A stretch of DNA of 64,000 bases from Novosphingobium sp. (GTDB lineage: Bacteria > Pseudomonadota > Alphaproteobacteria > Sphingomonadales > Sphingomonadaceae): positions 6,330 to 70,329 of the forward strand of contig JACKKV010000007.1 of assembly GCA_024236235.1 (NCBI GenBank), in the 5' to 3' direction. Shown piece by piece: positions 1 through 10,138 of this stretch. Positions within the stretch are counted from its first letter, which is position 1. Each line of letters opens with the position of its first letter. The position numbers and the translations under genes were made by a program. The notes beneath the pieces were generated by a model. That model saw only the letters and a program-made list of their open reading frames with translations. It had not been told where the DNA came from and did not search any database.

Positions 1-1904
1 GAACCTTCGGACTGGTTCAGGGAGCAAAAGAGGGTGCCCGGCTGTTTGCGAATGCACTGCGCACAGGTGATGCTTCTGACTTCGCCTCAAAGGTAGAGGG
101 CGAGCAATACAAGGCCATCGCTGGCCTCAAGGGTGAGATCATCCGCATTCCTACCCGCCTGCTCACGGCTGAGGACGAGTTGTTCAAAGGTATCGCCCGC
201 AGGATGGAGCTGAACGCGCAGGCCGTGCGGATTGCAAACCGGGAAGGCGTGAAGGGAGAAGCCTTAGACAAGCGGGTGGCCGAACTGGTGGCCAATCCGA
301 CCGATGAAATATTCGAGCGGTCTCTGGACTACGGGCGTTACCTGACCTTCCAGCGCAAGCTTGGCCCGTTCGGGCAGGCCATTTCCAGCGCAACCGGAAG
401 CAACCTGCTTGCCAAGGTCGTGGTGCCGTTCGTGCGCACGCCGATCAACCTGATGAAGTTTGCAACCGAACGATCTCCCGCTGCGCCGCTGCTCAAGGAA
501 TGGCGCACGGATTTCATGGCTGGCGGTGAACGACGCGACCTTGCAATTGCCAGGATGATGCTGGGAACGGGTTTTGCCACCATCATCTACCAAGCGGCAC
601 TGGACGGCACGATCACAGGGGCGGTTCCTCCCGATCCAGCCAAGGCAAGGCTGCTCTATGCGGACGGATGGCAGCCTTACTCGGTCAAGATAGGGGATCG
701 CTACGTCAGCTATTCGCGGCTCGATCCACTCTCCACCACCGTTGGGGTGGCTGCTGACATGGCCACGCTGCCAAGCGGCCTGAGTGACCGGCAGAAGGAA
801 GACCAGGCCACCATCCTCGTTGCCTCGATCATGGGCAATCTTGCGAGCAAGACGTGGCTGTCGGGTGCATCGGCATTTGTCGAAGGCCTCGCTGATCCGG
901 GTCGTTATGCGGGGGACTGGCTGGAACGAACGGTAAGTGCCTTTGCCGTGCCTGCCGGTGTTGCAGGTGTCGCCCGTGCGATCGATCCTGTCTCGCGCAA
1001 ACGCGAAAGCATTGGTGATGCCATCAAGGCGCGCATTCCCGGCATGTCGCAAGACCTCATGCCTCGCCGCGATGTGTTCGGCGAAGCTATCCAGAATGAC
1101 AGCCTGGGGCCGGACTTCGTGTCGCCGTTCTGGCAGTCGATGGCGAAGAATGATCCGGTCGTTGCCGAGATGCTGCGGATCGAAAAGAGCCTGAGCGCCC
1201 CCGGCAAGCAATACAGCGAAGACGGGGAACGGCTGGATTACAGCCCGGAGGAATATGACCGCTATCACGAGATTGCGGGCCGATTGACCTACAACCAGCT
1301 GCTCGCGCTGGTCGGTTCCGATGAATATGCAAAACTGGAGGACAACGCCAAGCGCAAGGCGGCTGCCAGGGCCATTGCATCAGCGCGCAAGACGGCCCGC
1401 GACCTGATTGATGATCCGGCCTATTCACTGCCTGCCAAAGGGGTTGCGCCTAATGTCCCTAATGTCCCTAGTGTCCCAAGGGGCAATTCTGTTCCTCCAG
1501 CCCCTCCGGGCTACCGGATCGAAGGCGAAAGCGGCGGGGTGAATGTCTTTGGAAAGCTGCGCGATGCCATTCCCGGCGTCCGGTTTACGTCCGGCTTCCG
1601 CACCCCTGAATACCAGGCGCAGATGCGCGCACGCGGTTACAAGCCAGCGGTCAACAGCGCGCACCTCGACGGCTCTGCACTCGATATGCTTCCGCCTGAA
1701 GGAAAGACCATGGCATGGCTGCGCAAACGGGTGCGCGATCTCTACCCTGATGCGCGAATACTGATCCATGACGGGCACCTGCATGCAACGTTTCCGGGCT
1801 ATTTCGGTGCACCCGTTCTGGGTGAGGCAAAGGGCGCAGGATTGAATAATCCACTTGAGGGAATGCCGCCGCCACCCCCCGGATTTACACTGGATGCGCG
1901 ATGA
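1..1904 (+). CDS. Mobile-element (phage/plasmid-type) large protein, C-terminal part, ending in a peptidase M15A-like cell-wall peptidase domain. The 5' end lies outside the window.
   Basis: Frame 3 is open from base 3 (TFGLVQGAKEG...) into the listed 180..1904 ORF. The C-terminus (FTSGFRTPEYQ...NSAHLDGSALD...IHDGHLH) fits the H-x6-D...H zinc site of M15A peptidases. The stop overlaps the next start (ATGA). Confidence 0.6.
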   Translation, partial: TFGLVQGAKEGARLFANALRTGDASDFASKVEGEQYKAIAGLKGEIIRIPTRLLTAEDELFKGIARRMELNAQAVRIANREGVKGEALDKRVAELVANPTDEIFERSLDYGRYLTFQRKLGPFGQAISSATGSNLLAKVVVPFVRTPINLMKFATERSPAAPLLKEWRTDFMAGGERRDLAIARMMLGTGFATIIYQAALDGTITGAVPPDPAKARLLYADGWQPYSVKIGDRYVSYSRLDPLSTTVGVAADMATLPSGLSDRQKEDQATILVASIMGNLASKTWLSGASAFVEGLADPGRYAGDWLERTVSAFAVPAGVAGVARAIDPVSRKRESIGDAIKARIPGMSQDLMPRRDVFGEAIQNDSLGPDFVSPFWQSMAKNDPVVAEMLRIEKSLSAPGKQYSEDGERLDYSPEEYDRYHEIAGRLTYNQLLALVGSDEYAKLEDNAKRKAAARAIASARKTARDLIDDPAYSLPAKGVAPNVPNVPSVPRGNSVPPAPPGYRIEGESGGVNVFGKLRDAIPGVRFTSGFRTPEYQAQMRARGYKPAVNSAHLDGSALDMLPPEGKTMAWLRKRVRDLYPDARILIHDGHLHATFPGYFGAPVLGEAKGAGLNNPLEGMPPPPPGFTLDAR

Positions 1905-2338
1905 GCGACGAACCGAATACAAACGGCCGGGAATCGGACGGGAAGTTCGCTCCAGGCAACAAGCTCGGTGGTCGCACGCAGGGCGCGCGCAACAAGACGA
2001 CGCTTGCCGTGGAGGCCCTGCTTGATGGCCAGCACGAAGCCCTGACGCAGGCTGCCATCTCAAAGGCGCTGGAGGGCGACACGGCTGCCCTGCGGCTTTG
2101 TCTCGACCGGATAGCGCCGCCCCGCAAGGATGCGCCGGTGTCATTCGAACTGCCCCCAATCAAGTCGGTTGCTGATGCGGTGGAAGCCTCGTCTGCCCTG
2201 CTGGCTGCGGTTGCTGATGGTGACGTAACCCCGGACGAAGCAGGGCGGGTCATGGCGCTGCTGACATCCCACAAGGCCATGGTTGAAACAGGCGATCTGG
2301 AAGTCCGGATCACTGCGTTGGAGAATAAGGCCAGATGA
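1901..2338 (+). CDS. DUF5681-like phage/plasmid protein
   Basis: The N-terminal GKFAPGNKLGGRTQGARNKTT motif is typical of DUF5681. It is translationally coupled on both sides. Confidence 0.55.
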   Translation: MSDEPNTNGRESDGKFAPGNKLGGRTQGARNKTTLAVEALLDGQHEALTQAAISKALEGDTAALRLCLDRIAPPRKDAPVSFELPPIKSVADAVEASSALLAAVADGDVTPDEAGRVMALLTSHKAMVETGDLEVRITALENKAR

Positions 2339-2517
2339 AAAGGATTGCGCAAAGGCTTGCTGATCTGGAGCGGCACAGCGCCCCGGGCACCCTGATTGTT
2401 GTAGATCCCGGCGAAACGGAAGCCATGGCGATGACAGGATATGAATCAGCCCATGGGCCAATCAACGGCCCGGCGATGTTTATCTGCACGGGCGTTCCAA
2501 GGAAGGATGTGGCGTAA
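2335..2517 (+). CDS. Small hypothetical protein, paralog 1 of a tandem pair
   Basis: 60 aa. It shares MK..A.R...LE and Y-E-x-x-HGP motifs with the next ORF. Its start overlaps the upstream stop (ATGA). Confidence 0.5.
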   Translation: MKRIAQRLADLERHSAPGTLIVVDPGETEAMAMTGYESAHGPINGPAMFICTGVPRKDVA

Positions 2518-2699
2518 TGAAACTGACTGCACGCGTGGAAGCACTTGAGCATTCAATCGGATCGGCGCTCAGACCATGGCACAGGGTCGCGGTTGATGTC
2601 GGCCAGACTGAGGAGGATGCGATTGCCGCCTATGAGGCCGAGCATGGGCCTGTTGGCGAGGACAATGTTATATTGCGGACGTATATGTTGCCTGCGTAG
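2517..2699 (+). CDS. Small hypothetical protein, paralog 2 of a tandem pair
   Basis: 60 aa (MKLTARVEALEH...AAYEAEHGPVG). The TAATG junction overlaps the previous stop by 1 nt. Confidence 0.5.
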   Translation: MKLTARVEALEHSIGSALRPWHRVAVDVGQTEEDAIAAYEAEHGPVGEDNVILRTYMLPA

Positions 2700-2762
2700 A
2701 GGCCCAAGTGGACTTGGGATATCGTCGCAGCTAGCCTTGGTGACTGCAATTCAGGGGACGGA

Positions 2763-3236
2763 ATGTTCAAGGCAGCCCTAACTTTGGTGATGATTTCCAG
2801 CAGCGCCGATGCGCAGGGAATGCGAGGGCGCATTGATCTTGAATGCGATGTGTCAGGTTCAGCAATCCAGGGCACTGTTGGCACCGTGACCAATCGCGGC
2901 GAAGACGGTCAGACCGAGTATGGAACAGTCATGGGCCAGATGCCCGTAGCGCTCCAGGATCAAGTCCTGCTTTGGGTAGAAGGGGACGATGGCCGCATGC
3001 ACGTACCCAAGGCCATTGTTCCCCGCTTGCATGGTGGCGATAACGGCTGGTTTAAGCTGAAGAAACTGTCCGTCACCGACGATGAGATCAGTGGCAAGGT
3101 GGCCATAAGCGCAGTGAACAATCCGAAGTTCAGCATTGATCGCTACACTGGAAAATTCAGACTGTCTGGCAAGACGGGCGTTCTCTTTGGCACCTGCGGC
3201 ATACCGCAGCCTCGTCCAGTGGAGCGGAAGTTCTAG
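2763..3236 (+). CDS. Hypothetical secreted protein (element cargo)
   Basis: Signal-peptide-like N-terminus (MFKAALTLVMISSSADAQG). GC is lower than in the backbone. I recognise no family. Confidence 0.45.
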   Translation: MFKAALTLVMISSSADAQGMRGRIDLECDVSGSAIQGTVGTVTNRGEDGQTEYGTVMGQMPVALQDQVLLWVEGDDGRMHVPKAIVPRLHGGDNGWFKLKKLSVTDDEISGKVAISAVNNPKFSIDRYTGKFRLSGKTGVLFGTCGIPQPRPVERKF

Positions 3237-3238
3237 GA

Positions 3239-3556
3239 ATGCCAATGAGGAAGATCACCTATGAGACTTATCTCAGGCTTCTGGAAGTAGAGCGGTGTCG
3301 CTTGATGGAAACCCAGCGGAACGTAAACACCGCCGCTGTCCTCCGCACTCAAATTGAAATCCTCGCGCCGAAGCTTGATGACCGGGCATTAGAATTGGTC
3401 TGGGGACATGCGGAGCGGAATGCTGCTGTGCCAACTGTCTTCGAGGCAATAAGCAGTGAACGGCTTCGCAGACGGCAGTGGTGGGGGCGCACTATGAGCG
3501 GATTGGCGGTCGCGACACTGATCGTCGCTTTGCTGACGCTCTGGCGGGCATGGTAG
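3239..3556 (+). CDS. Hypothetical tail-anchored membrane protein (element cargo)
   Basis: A single C-terminal hydrophobic helix (LAVATLIVALLTLW). It starts 2 nt after the previous stop. Confidence 0.4.
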   Translation: MPMRKITYETYLRLLEVERCRLMETQRNVNTAAVLRTQIEILAPKLDDRALELVWGHAERNAAVPTVFEAISSERLRRRQWWGRTMSGLAVATLIVALLTLWRAW

Positions 3557-3786
3557 TATCTCGCGAACAGGAACTGTGGGCCGTCGCCCTGTGGGTGGAG
3601 AAACATCACGGAGAAAACGGAAGGCTCCACATAGCCCAGCAGCAGGACCGCCTCCTGGCCGAAGGTGACTTAGACGGGGTGGCGATGTGGCGGAAGGTTG
3701 GCGAGCGATTCGAGGCGCTGCGAGGGGGCGTTTCCGATCTCAATGTGGGAGATAATGTGGGAGCAAATATCATGCGTATACATTAA
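3550..3786 (+). CDS. Small conserved hypothetical protein (ELWAVALWVEKHHG motif)
   Basis: I prefer the internal ATG at 3550 of the 3478..3786 ORF because it overlaps the upstream stop (ATGGTAG). The motif resembles a small protein common in alphaproteobacteria. Family name not recalled. Confidence 0.4.
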   Translation: MVVSREQELWAVALWVEKHHGENGRLHIAQQQDRLLAEGDLDGVAMWRKVGERFEALRGGVSDLNVGDNVGANIMRIH

Positions 3787-3922
3787 ATAGAATAAAAACA
3801 GATTACTAAATGTTATAATTGGATGATCGCGGGGCATCCATCCTTCCGTTCACTACCCTTGCTCCTTCCCGGTCATGGCTTTAGTCCGGTGCCACAAGCA
3901 TTTACGCAATTCGGGGAGTGAA

Positions 3923-4852
3923 ATGAGCATCGCCAGCGATCCACCCAGCGAACCGGGCGTTCCCGGCCCCCATGGCGAACCGGCCGCGCCGGATCGTGAA
4001 CTGGCCCGCCGCAAATTCTACGAAGCCCGCCAGGAAGCCGCCTTTACCGAGGCCTCACCCACCGTCACCCCGCAGACTGAACACCCCGCCTATCGGCTGG
4101 CCTTTCAGGATCGCGATTTCCTGCTGCGGGACGAATTGCGGCCAGTGCGCTTCCAGCTTGAACTGCTTAAGCCCGAAATGCTGCTGGATGAAGCGGGGGT
4201 CGGATCGACCCTGGTCATGTATGGTTCGGCGCGCATCCCCTCGCCCGAAATGGCGCAGGACATGGTGGCGAACGCCGCGCCCGAACAGCGCGCGGTGGCG
4301 GAACGTCTGGCCGCCAAGGCCCGCTATTACGAGGAAGCGCGCAAGCTTGCCTTCACCGCCGGCTCCTGCGCGCCGATCGAACATGGCAAACGGCAATTCG
4401 TGGTCTGTTCGGGCGGTGGCCCCTCCATCATGGAAGCGGCCAACCGGGGGGCATCGGAAGCCGGTGTCGAATCGATCGGCCTTAACATCGTGCTGCCGCA
4501 TGAACAGGCGCCCAATCGCTATGTCACGCCATACCTCTCTTTCCAGTTTCACTATTTCGCGCTGCGCAAGATGCATTTCCTGCTGCGCGCCCGGGCCGTG
4601 GCGGTGTTTCCCGGCGGCTTCGGAACGCTGGACGAATTCCTCGAACTGCTGACTCTGATCCAGACCGGCAAGATGAAGCCCATTCCCGTGCTGCTGTTCG
4701 GCAAGGAGTTCTGGACCCGGGTCATCAATTTCGACGCGCTGGCCGAGGAGGGCACGATCAATCGCGAGGATCTGGACCTGTTCCACTGGTGCGAAACTGC
4801 CGAGGAAGCCTGGCGGCACATCACCGCATTCTACGACATTCCCTGCGAGTGA
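3923..4852 (+). CDS. LOG/TIGR00730-family nucleotide 5'-monophosphate nucleosidase (PpnN/YgdH-like)
   Basis: GGGPSIMEAANRGA and PGGFGTLDEFLE motifs. The ATG at 3923 follows a GGGGAG RBS. An alternative start lies at 3875. Confidence 0.8.
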   Translation: MSIASDPPSEPGVPGPHGEPAAPDRELARRKFYEARQEAAFTEASPTVTPQTEHPAYRLAFQDRDFLLRDELRPVRFQLELLKPEMLLDEAGVGSTLVMYGSARIPSPEMAQDMVANAAPEQRAVAERLAAKARYYEEARKLAFTAGSCAPIEHGKRQFVVCSGGGPSIMEAANRGASEAGVESIGLNIVLPHEQAPNRYVTPYLSFQFHYFALRKMHFLLRARAVAVFPGGFGTLDEFLELLTLIQTGKMKPIPVLLFGKEFWTRVINFDALAEEGTINREDLDLFHWCETAEEAWRHITAFYDIPCE

Positions 4853-5604
4853 ACCTGCGCATGGCCCAGCGGGCCATTGCCCTTGCCAAATCCCGGTGCG
4901 GCCAGCAGTGAGGCGCGCACGAAGGCGCGTGCACGCGCCACCGCATCGGCCAGATCCAGCCCCATGCCCAGGAAGGTCGCGATCGCGCTGGCCAGCGTGC
5001 AGCCGGTGCCGTGCGTGTGGCGGGTGGAGAGGCGCGGATCGTGCCAGAGCACGTCATTGCACCCCGGGCGGACGAGGATGTCTTCCACCATTTCCCCCTC
5101 CGCGTCGCCGCCCTTGGCCAGATAGGCGACGGCGCGCATGGTCATGGCCGCATCGCCCCCCAGCGCCATCAGCTCAGGCACATTGGGCGTGGTCAGCGTG
5201 GCCAGCGCCATGAGCCGCTCAAACGCGGCGATCGTCGCCGCGTCGGCCAGCGCCGCGCCGCTGGTCGCGACCATGACCGGATCGAAGACCACCGGCACTT
5301 CCAGCCCTTGCAACCGGTCCGCCACGGCATCGGCGATGGCAGCAGAGCCGAGCATGCCGATTTTCACTGCGTCCACCCCGATATCGCCGATGCAGGCGTC
5401 AATCTGGGCGGTGACCAGGGCCGGGCTCAGCACTTCCACCGCATGAACGCCGGTGGTGTCCTGCGCGGTGATGGCGGTGATCGCGCTCATCGCATAGCCG
5501 CCCAGCATGGTGATGGTCTTGATGTCGGCCTGAACCCCCGCGCCGCCCGAACTGTCCGACCCGGCGATGGTGAGGATACGCGGGGGAAGAGCGGCCATGC
5601 TCAC
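4831..5604 (-). CDS. thiD: Hydroxymethylpyrimidine/phosphomethylpyrimidine kinase
   Basis: ILTIAGSDSSGGAGVQADIKT N-terminus, and full-length ThiD-like sequence. Confidence 0.9.
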   Translation of the reverse strand: MSMAALPPRILTIAGSDSSGGAGVQADIKTITMLGGYAMSAITAITAQDTTGVHAVEVLSPALVTAQIDACIGDIGVDAVKIGMLGSAAIADAVADRLQGLEVPVVFDPVMVATSGAALADAATIAAFERLMALATLTTPNVPELMALGGDAAMTMRAVAYLAKGGDAEGEMVEDILVRPGCNDVLWHDPRLSTRHTHGTGCTLASAIATFLGMGLDLADAVARARAFVRASLLAAPGFGKGNGPLGHAQVHSQGMS

Positions 5605-5606
5605 GC

Positions 5607-6944
5607 TCAGGCCGCTTCGGCCACCGCTGCGCAGATATCCTCGACCACGCGCTGAACCTCGGCGGCATCGTCGCCTTCGGCCATGACACGGATCACCGGT
5701 TCGGTGCCCGAGGGACGGATGACCAGCCGCCCGCGCCCGTCGAGCGTTTTTTCTGCATCGGCAATGGCTGCCTGCACCCGCGCATCGTCCAGCGGCTTGC
5801 CGCCGGAAAAGCGCACATTTTTCAGCAGTTGCGGCACCGGGTCGAACAGGTGCAGCAGTTCACTCGCCCGCTTGCCGGACTGGACCAGCGCGCCCAATAC
5901 CTGCAGCGCGGCGATGCAGCCATCGCCGGTGGTGGCATGATCGAGCAGGATCATATGGCCGGACTGTTCCCCGCCGACATTGTATCCGCCCGCGCGCATC
6001 GCTTCCAGAACGTAACGGTCCCCCACCTTGGCCCGCACCAGTTCCAGCCCGATCCCGTTGAGGAAGCGTTCGAGGCCGAGATTGGACATCACCGTCGCCA
6101 CCACGCCGCCGCCCTTGAGCAGGCCGGCTTCGGCATAGCGGCTGCCGATCAGCGCCATGATCTGGTCCCCATCGACCGTTTCGCCCTGTTCATCGACCAC
6201 GATCAGCCGGTCGGCATCGCCATCCAGCGCGATGCCGATGTCCGCGCCTTCGGCCAGCACCCGTTCCTTCAGCGTTCCGAGCGAGGTCGATCCGACACCG
6301 TCATTGATGTTGGTGCCATTGGGTTCAACGCCAATGGCAATCACATCCGCGCCCAGTTCCCAGATGGCGCTGGGCGCGACATTGTACGCCGCGCCATTGG
6401 CGCAATCGACCACTATCTTCAGCCCGTCCAGCCGCACATCGTCGGGCAGGCTCTGCTTGATTGCGTGGATATAGCGGCCGCGCGCATCGTCGATCCGGCG
6501 CGCCCGGCCAACCGCGGATCCCTTGGCCAGCACGGGGGCTTCGCTCATCGCCTGTTCGATCGCCAGCTCATCCGCATCGGACAGCTTGAACCCGTCCGGC
6601 CCGAACAGCTTGATGCCATTGTCGTCGAAGGGATTATGGCTGGCGGAAATCATGACCCCCAGATCGGCGCGCATCTCGCGCGTCAGCAGGGCGACCGCCG
6701 GGGTCGGCATGGGGCCTAGCAGGACCACGTCCATGCCCACGCTGGTAAATCCGGCGACCAGCGCATTTTCCATCATATAACCCGACAGGCGCGTATCCTT
6801 GCCAATCACCACCCGGTGGCGATGATCGCCGCGCAGGAAGTGGCGACCCGCCGCCTGGCCCACTTTCATTGCGGTTTCCGCGCTCATCACCCCGTCATTG
6901 GCGCGTCCGCGAATGCCGTCCGTTCCGAAATATCTGCGCGCCAT
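5607..6944 (-). CDS. glmM: Phosphoglucosamine mutase
   Basis: [13 protein letters not shown] start at 6944 and an SASHNP active-site loop. The upstream 228 codons of the listed 673-aa ORF are a non-coding extension. Confidence 0.92.
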   Translation of the reverse strand: MARRYFGTDGIRGRANDGVMSAETAMKVGQAAGRHFLRGDHRHRVVIGKDTRLSGYMMENALVAGFTSVGMDVVLLGPMPTPAVALLTREMRADLGVMISASHNPFDDNGIKLFGPDGFKLSDADELAIEQAMSEAPVLAKGSAVGRARRIDDARGRYIHAIKQSLPDDVRLDGLKIVVDCANGAAYNVAPSAIWELGADVIAIGVEPNGTNINDGVGSTSLGTLKERVLAEGADIGIALDGDADRLIVVDEQGETVDGDQIMALIGSRYAEAGLLKGGGVVATVMSNLGLERFLNGIGLELVRAKVGDRYVLEAMRAGGYNVGGEQSGHMILLDHATTGDGCIAALQVLGALVQSGKRASELLHLFDPVPQLLKNVRFSGGKPLDDARVQAAIADAEKTLDGRGRLVIRPSGTEPVIRVMAEGDDAAEVQRVVEDICAAVAEAA

Positions 6945-7124
6945 GATGCCTTGCGGTGCCTCTGTATTATTCGTTGCCGACGGGTGGTTAGCAAAGCTTC
7001 GCACTGCTTGCATCGCCAAACTCATCGCATTGCTTAATAAGGCTGATCGGAATTCCCCATGCACCCCTGCAAGGCATGAGGCGTTACAAGGCTGGTTCCT
7101 CTCATTCGCCAAACGGAGTTTTCC

Positions 7125-7736
7125 ATGCCTTTCAAGCTGATTGATCTTCCTTATGGAAAGGAAGCGCTTGCGCCGGTCATTTCCGCCGAAACGCTGGATT
7201 ATCATCATGGCAAGCATCACGCGGGCTATATCAAGAAGGTGAACGCCGCCATCGAAGGCACGCCGATGGACGACGTCGCGCTGGAACAGGTCATTTCCGC
7301 CGCGCGCGGCAGTGACCAGGGTCTGTTCAACAATGCCGCCCAATCCTGGAATCACGGGTTCTACTGGCATTCGCTGGCCGCTGATGCCGCCGCGCCCGCA
7401 GGCGCCCTGCTTGACGCGATCGAGGCGTCTTTCGGTTCCGTAAAGGCGCTGGCGGGCGAACTGGCCAGCCGGGGCGGCGGGCATTTCGCCTCGGGCTGGG
7501 TCTGGCTGGCCGAACAGGGCGGCGCGCTGTGCATCGAAGAAACGCATGACGGGGATACGCTGGCTGACAGCGCCATGAACCCGTTGCTGGTCATAGATCT
7601 GTGGGAGCATGCCTATTACATCGATCATCGCAATGATCGCGGCGCTTATCTGCAGGCGCTGATCGCACAGCGGATCAACTGGGGTTTCGCGGCGGAAAAT
7701 CTGGCGCGCGGCTCGGCCTGGACCTATCCGGGGTGA
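7125..7736 (+). CDS. sodB: Fe/Mn superoxide dismutase
   Basis: YHHGKHH and [13 protein letters not shown] motifs. 203 aa. Confidence 0.92.
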   Translation: MPFKLIDLPYGKEALAPVISAETLDYHHGKHHAGYIKKVNAAIEGTPMDDVALEQVISAARGSDQGLFNNAAQSWNHGFYWHSLAADAAAPAGALLDAIEASFGSVKALAGELASRGGGHFASGWVWLAEQGGALCIEETHDGDTLADSAMNPLLVIDLWEHAYYIDHRNDRGAYLQALIAQRINWGFAAENLARGSAWTYPG

Positions 7737-7766
7737 TTGTTGGCCCCGGCTGACTGACGGCGCAGA

Positions 7767-8921
7767 TCAGAGCGGTTTTTCGTAAATCCGGTATTCCTTG
7801 TTGACCTTGCTGTCGATCGCATCGGCGATGGCGATCATGCCCTGATTGTCTTCGAGGATCCAGCCGATCTCGCCGCGCTTCGAACCGTACCGGGCGGTGG
7901 CGTCGCGACGGATATATTCAATCATCATGAAGGCCAGCTGGCTGGCCATGCGCGAGGCTTGCAGGCGTTTCAGAACCCCCATCAGCGGGACGCGCATCTG
8001 CGCGTCCGTGGGCTTCCTCAGCCACCACAGCAGTCGTGCCCAGCCAAAGGGCAACAGCCTGCCGCGCAGCTTGTGAATCACCTGATTGACGTCTGGCAGG
8101 GTCATCATGAACGCTACCGGCTCTCCGTCATATTCGGCGATACGGATGAGGTCCGGGCGAACCAGCGGCTTGAGCTTCTTCGAGGTATAGGCAATTTCGC
8201 GTTCGGTGAAGGGGACAAAGCCCCAATTGTCCGACCAGGCATCGTTCAGAATATGCAGGATCGTTGCCGCTTCTTCGTCAAACCGCTTCAGATCGACCTC
8301 GCGGATGCGGATACGCTCGTTGCGCTCGCCCGATTGCACGATCCGCTGGATCAGCGGCGGAAAGGGTTTGGTCACATCGAGGTCATAGGTGAACAGGCGC
8401 TTGGCAGTGGTATAGCCCTCACTCTCGATCCAGCCCTGATAATGCGCCGGATCGTGGCCCATCATGATGGTGGGCGGATGATCGTGGCCCTTGACCAGCA
8501 GGCCGGGTTCTTCCCAGACTGACATGCTCATCGGCGCGAGCACCCGGGTCATGCCCTGTTCGCGCAGCCAGGCTTCGGCGCGCTCGATCAACGCATGCGC
8601 GGTTGGCGCGTCTTCCGCCTCGAACAGGCCCCAGTTCCCGGTCCCCGGCCCCATGCCCTGTTCAACCGGCTGAGCCAGCGCGAGGCGGTCGATATGCGCA
8701 GAAATGCGGCCCACGGTGCGGTCGGCGCGGCGCGCCAGGAAGAATTGCACATCGGCATGATCGAAGAAGGGGTTTTTCCCCGGCGTCAGCAGTTCCACCA
8801 TCTCGCCCCGGATGTATGGCACCCAGTTGGGATCGCCGCCGTTCAGGCGATAGGCGATATCGACAAATTCCTTGAAGTCCGCCTTGCTGGAGACGGGGGA
8901 GATCACTAGTTCAGGGTTCAC
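7767..8921 (-). CDS. Conserved GNAT-fold acyltransferase-like protein
   Basis: 384-aa ORF with strong coding bias. It resembles a conserved alphaproteobacterial family usually annotated as N-acetyltransferase. Function not established. Confidence 0.5.
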   Translation of the reverse strand: MNPELVISPVSSKADFKEFVDIAYRLNGGDPNWVPYIRGEMVELLTPGKNPFFDHADVQFFLARRADRTVGRISAHIDRLALAQPVEQGMGPGTGNWGLFEAEDAPTAHALIERAEAWLREQGMTRVLAPMSMSVWEEPGLLVKGHDHPPTIMMGHDPAHYQGWIESEGYTTAKRLFTYDLDVTKPFPPLIQRIVQSGERNERIRIREVDLKRFDEEAATILHILNDAWSDNWGFVPFTEREIAYTSKKLKPLVRPDLIRIAEYDGEPVAFMMTLPDVNQVIHKLRGRLLPFGWARLLWWLRKPTDAQMRVPLMGVLKRLQASRMASQLAFMMIEYIRRDATARYGSKRGEIGWILEDNQGMIAIADAIDSKVNKEYRIYEKPL

Positions 8922-9055
8922 TGCGAAGACGCCTTTGTTCGGGAAGTTGCCAGCACTGCGTTGGCTGCCATCGTCCTGTCAAGCAGGGGTTGAGCGGGCG
9001 GGGCGGACATTTTGCTGCCACGATTGAAGAGCAGGGACCGGGCCGGAAATTGCCT

Positions 9056-10123
9056 ATGACTGTCCAGACCCCGATAGAAAACGATCCGCCCGCCGCCACA
9101 GCGCCGCTGGCGGACGATATGGCCATGCTGCGCGCTGCGGTAGAACTGTCGCGCGACATTGCCGAAGCGCGCCCTGCGATCTACTGGCCGGACATGCTCG
9201 GATCGGCGCTGATCGGCTATGCCGCGCTGGCCGGGACGATCCTGGTGTCGGCTGGCTGGATGAGCGTTGCGCTGGGCGTGCTGGCAACGCTGGCGCTCTA
9301 TCGCGCGCTGCTGTTCATTCACGAGCTGACGCATATTCACCGCGATGCGCTGCCTGGCTTCCGGCTGGGATGGAACCTGCTGGTCGGGATACCGATGCTG
9401 ACGCCCTCTTTCATGTATGAAGGGGTGCATACGCTGCATCACGCGCGCACCCGGTATGGCACGGCGGAGGATCCCGAATATCTCCCGTTGGCACTGATGA
9501 AGCCATGGTCGCTGCCCGCGTTTATCCTGATCGCGCTGCTGGCGCCGCCTGCATTGCTGATCCGCAGCGCGGTGCTGGTGCCGCTGGGCGCAATCTTTCC
9601 GCCGCTGCGCCGTTTCGTCTGGGCGCGGTTTTCGGCCCTGTCGATCAATCCCGGCTTTCGCCGCCGTCCTCCCGAAGGGGATTTGCGGCGCATGGTGTTC
9701 TGGCAGGAAGCGGGCGCCTCGCTCTGGGCCTTCGCGCTGATCGCCAGCATTTTCGCGCTCGGCTGGCGCCCGCTGCTGGTCGCAATGTGCGTGCTCTCGG
9801 CCGTCGCCGTGCTTAACCAGCTGCGCACGCTGGTGGCGCATCTGTGGCAGAATGACGGTGCCGCGATGAGCGTGACTGCCCAGTATCTCGATTCGGTCAA
9901 TGTGCCGCCGCCCGGCATTGCTGCCGGGCTGTGGGCGCCGGTGGGCTTGCGCTATCACGCATTGCATCATCTGCTGCCCAGCCTGCCCTATCACTCGCTG
10001 GGGGAGGCGCATCGCCGCCTCAGCGCGCATCTGGGCGCGGGATCGACCTATGCCAGGGCCAGCTATCCGGGCATGGCCATGCTGGTCGCGCGGATCGCAC
10101 GCAGCACCATGGTCAGGCGCTGA
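9056..10123 (+). CDS. Membrane fatty acid desaturase family protein
   Basis: Three His boxes (HELTHIH, HTLHHAR, HALHH) plus hydrophobic segments. Start is either 9056 or 8990. Confidence 0.8.
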   Translation: MTVQTPIENDPPAATAPLADDMAMLRAAVELSRDIAEARPAIYWPDMLGSALIGYAALAGTILVSAGWMSVALGVLATLALYRALLFIHELTHIHRDALPGFRLGWNLLVGIPMLTPSFMYEGVHTLHHARTRYGTAEDPEYLPLALMKPWSLPAFILIALLAPPALLIRSAVLVPLGAIFPPLRRFVWARFSALSINPGFRRRPPEGDLRRMVFWQEAGASLWAFALIASIFALGWRPLLVAMCVLSAVAVLNQLRTLVAHLWQNDGAAMSVTAQYLDSVNVPPPGIAAGLWAPVGLRYHALHHLLPSLPYHSLGEAHRRLSAHLGAGSTYARASYPGMAMLVARIARSTMVRR

Positions 10124-10138
10124 ACCGGCCGAACTGCC

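Noticed and set aside
1447-1476. Short tandem 9-bp repeat (cctaatgtc cctaatgtc cctagtgtc)
   Set aside because: It is in frame and encodes a PNVPNVPSVP linker before the M15 domain. This is an ordinary low-complexity linker, not a regulatory repeat or a CRISPR-like array.
5605-5700. TPP riboswitch upstream of thiD
   Set aside because: thiD starts 2 nt after the glmM stop, so there is no leader in which a riboswitch could fit.
6945-7628. 228-codon N-terminal extension of the glmM ORF
   Set aside because: GlmM homology begins exactly at [13 protein letters not shown] (6944). The extension overlaps the sodB promoter and gene region on the other strand and looks non-coding.
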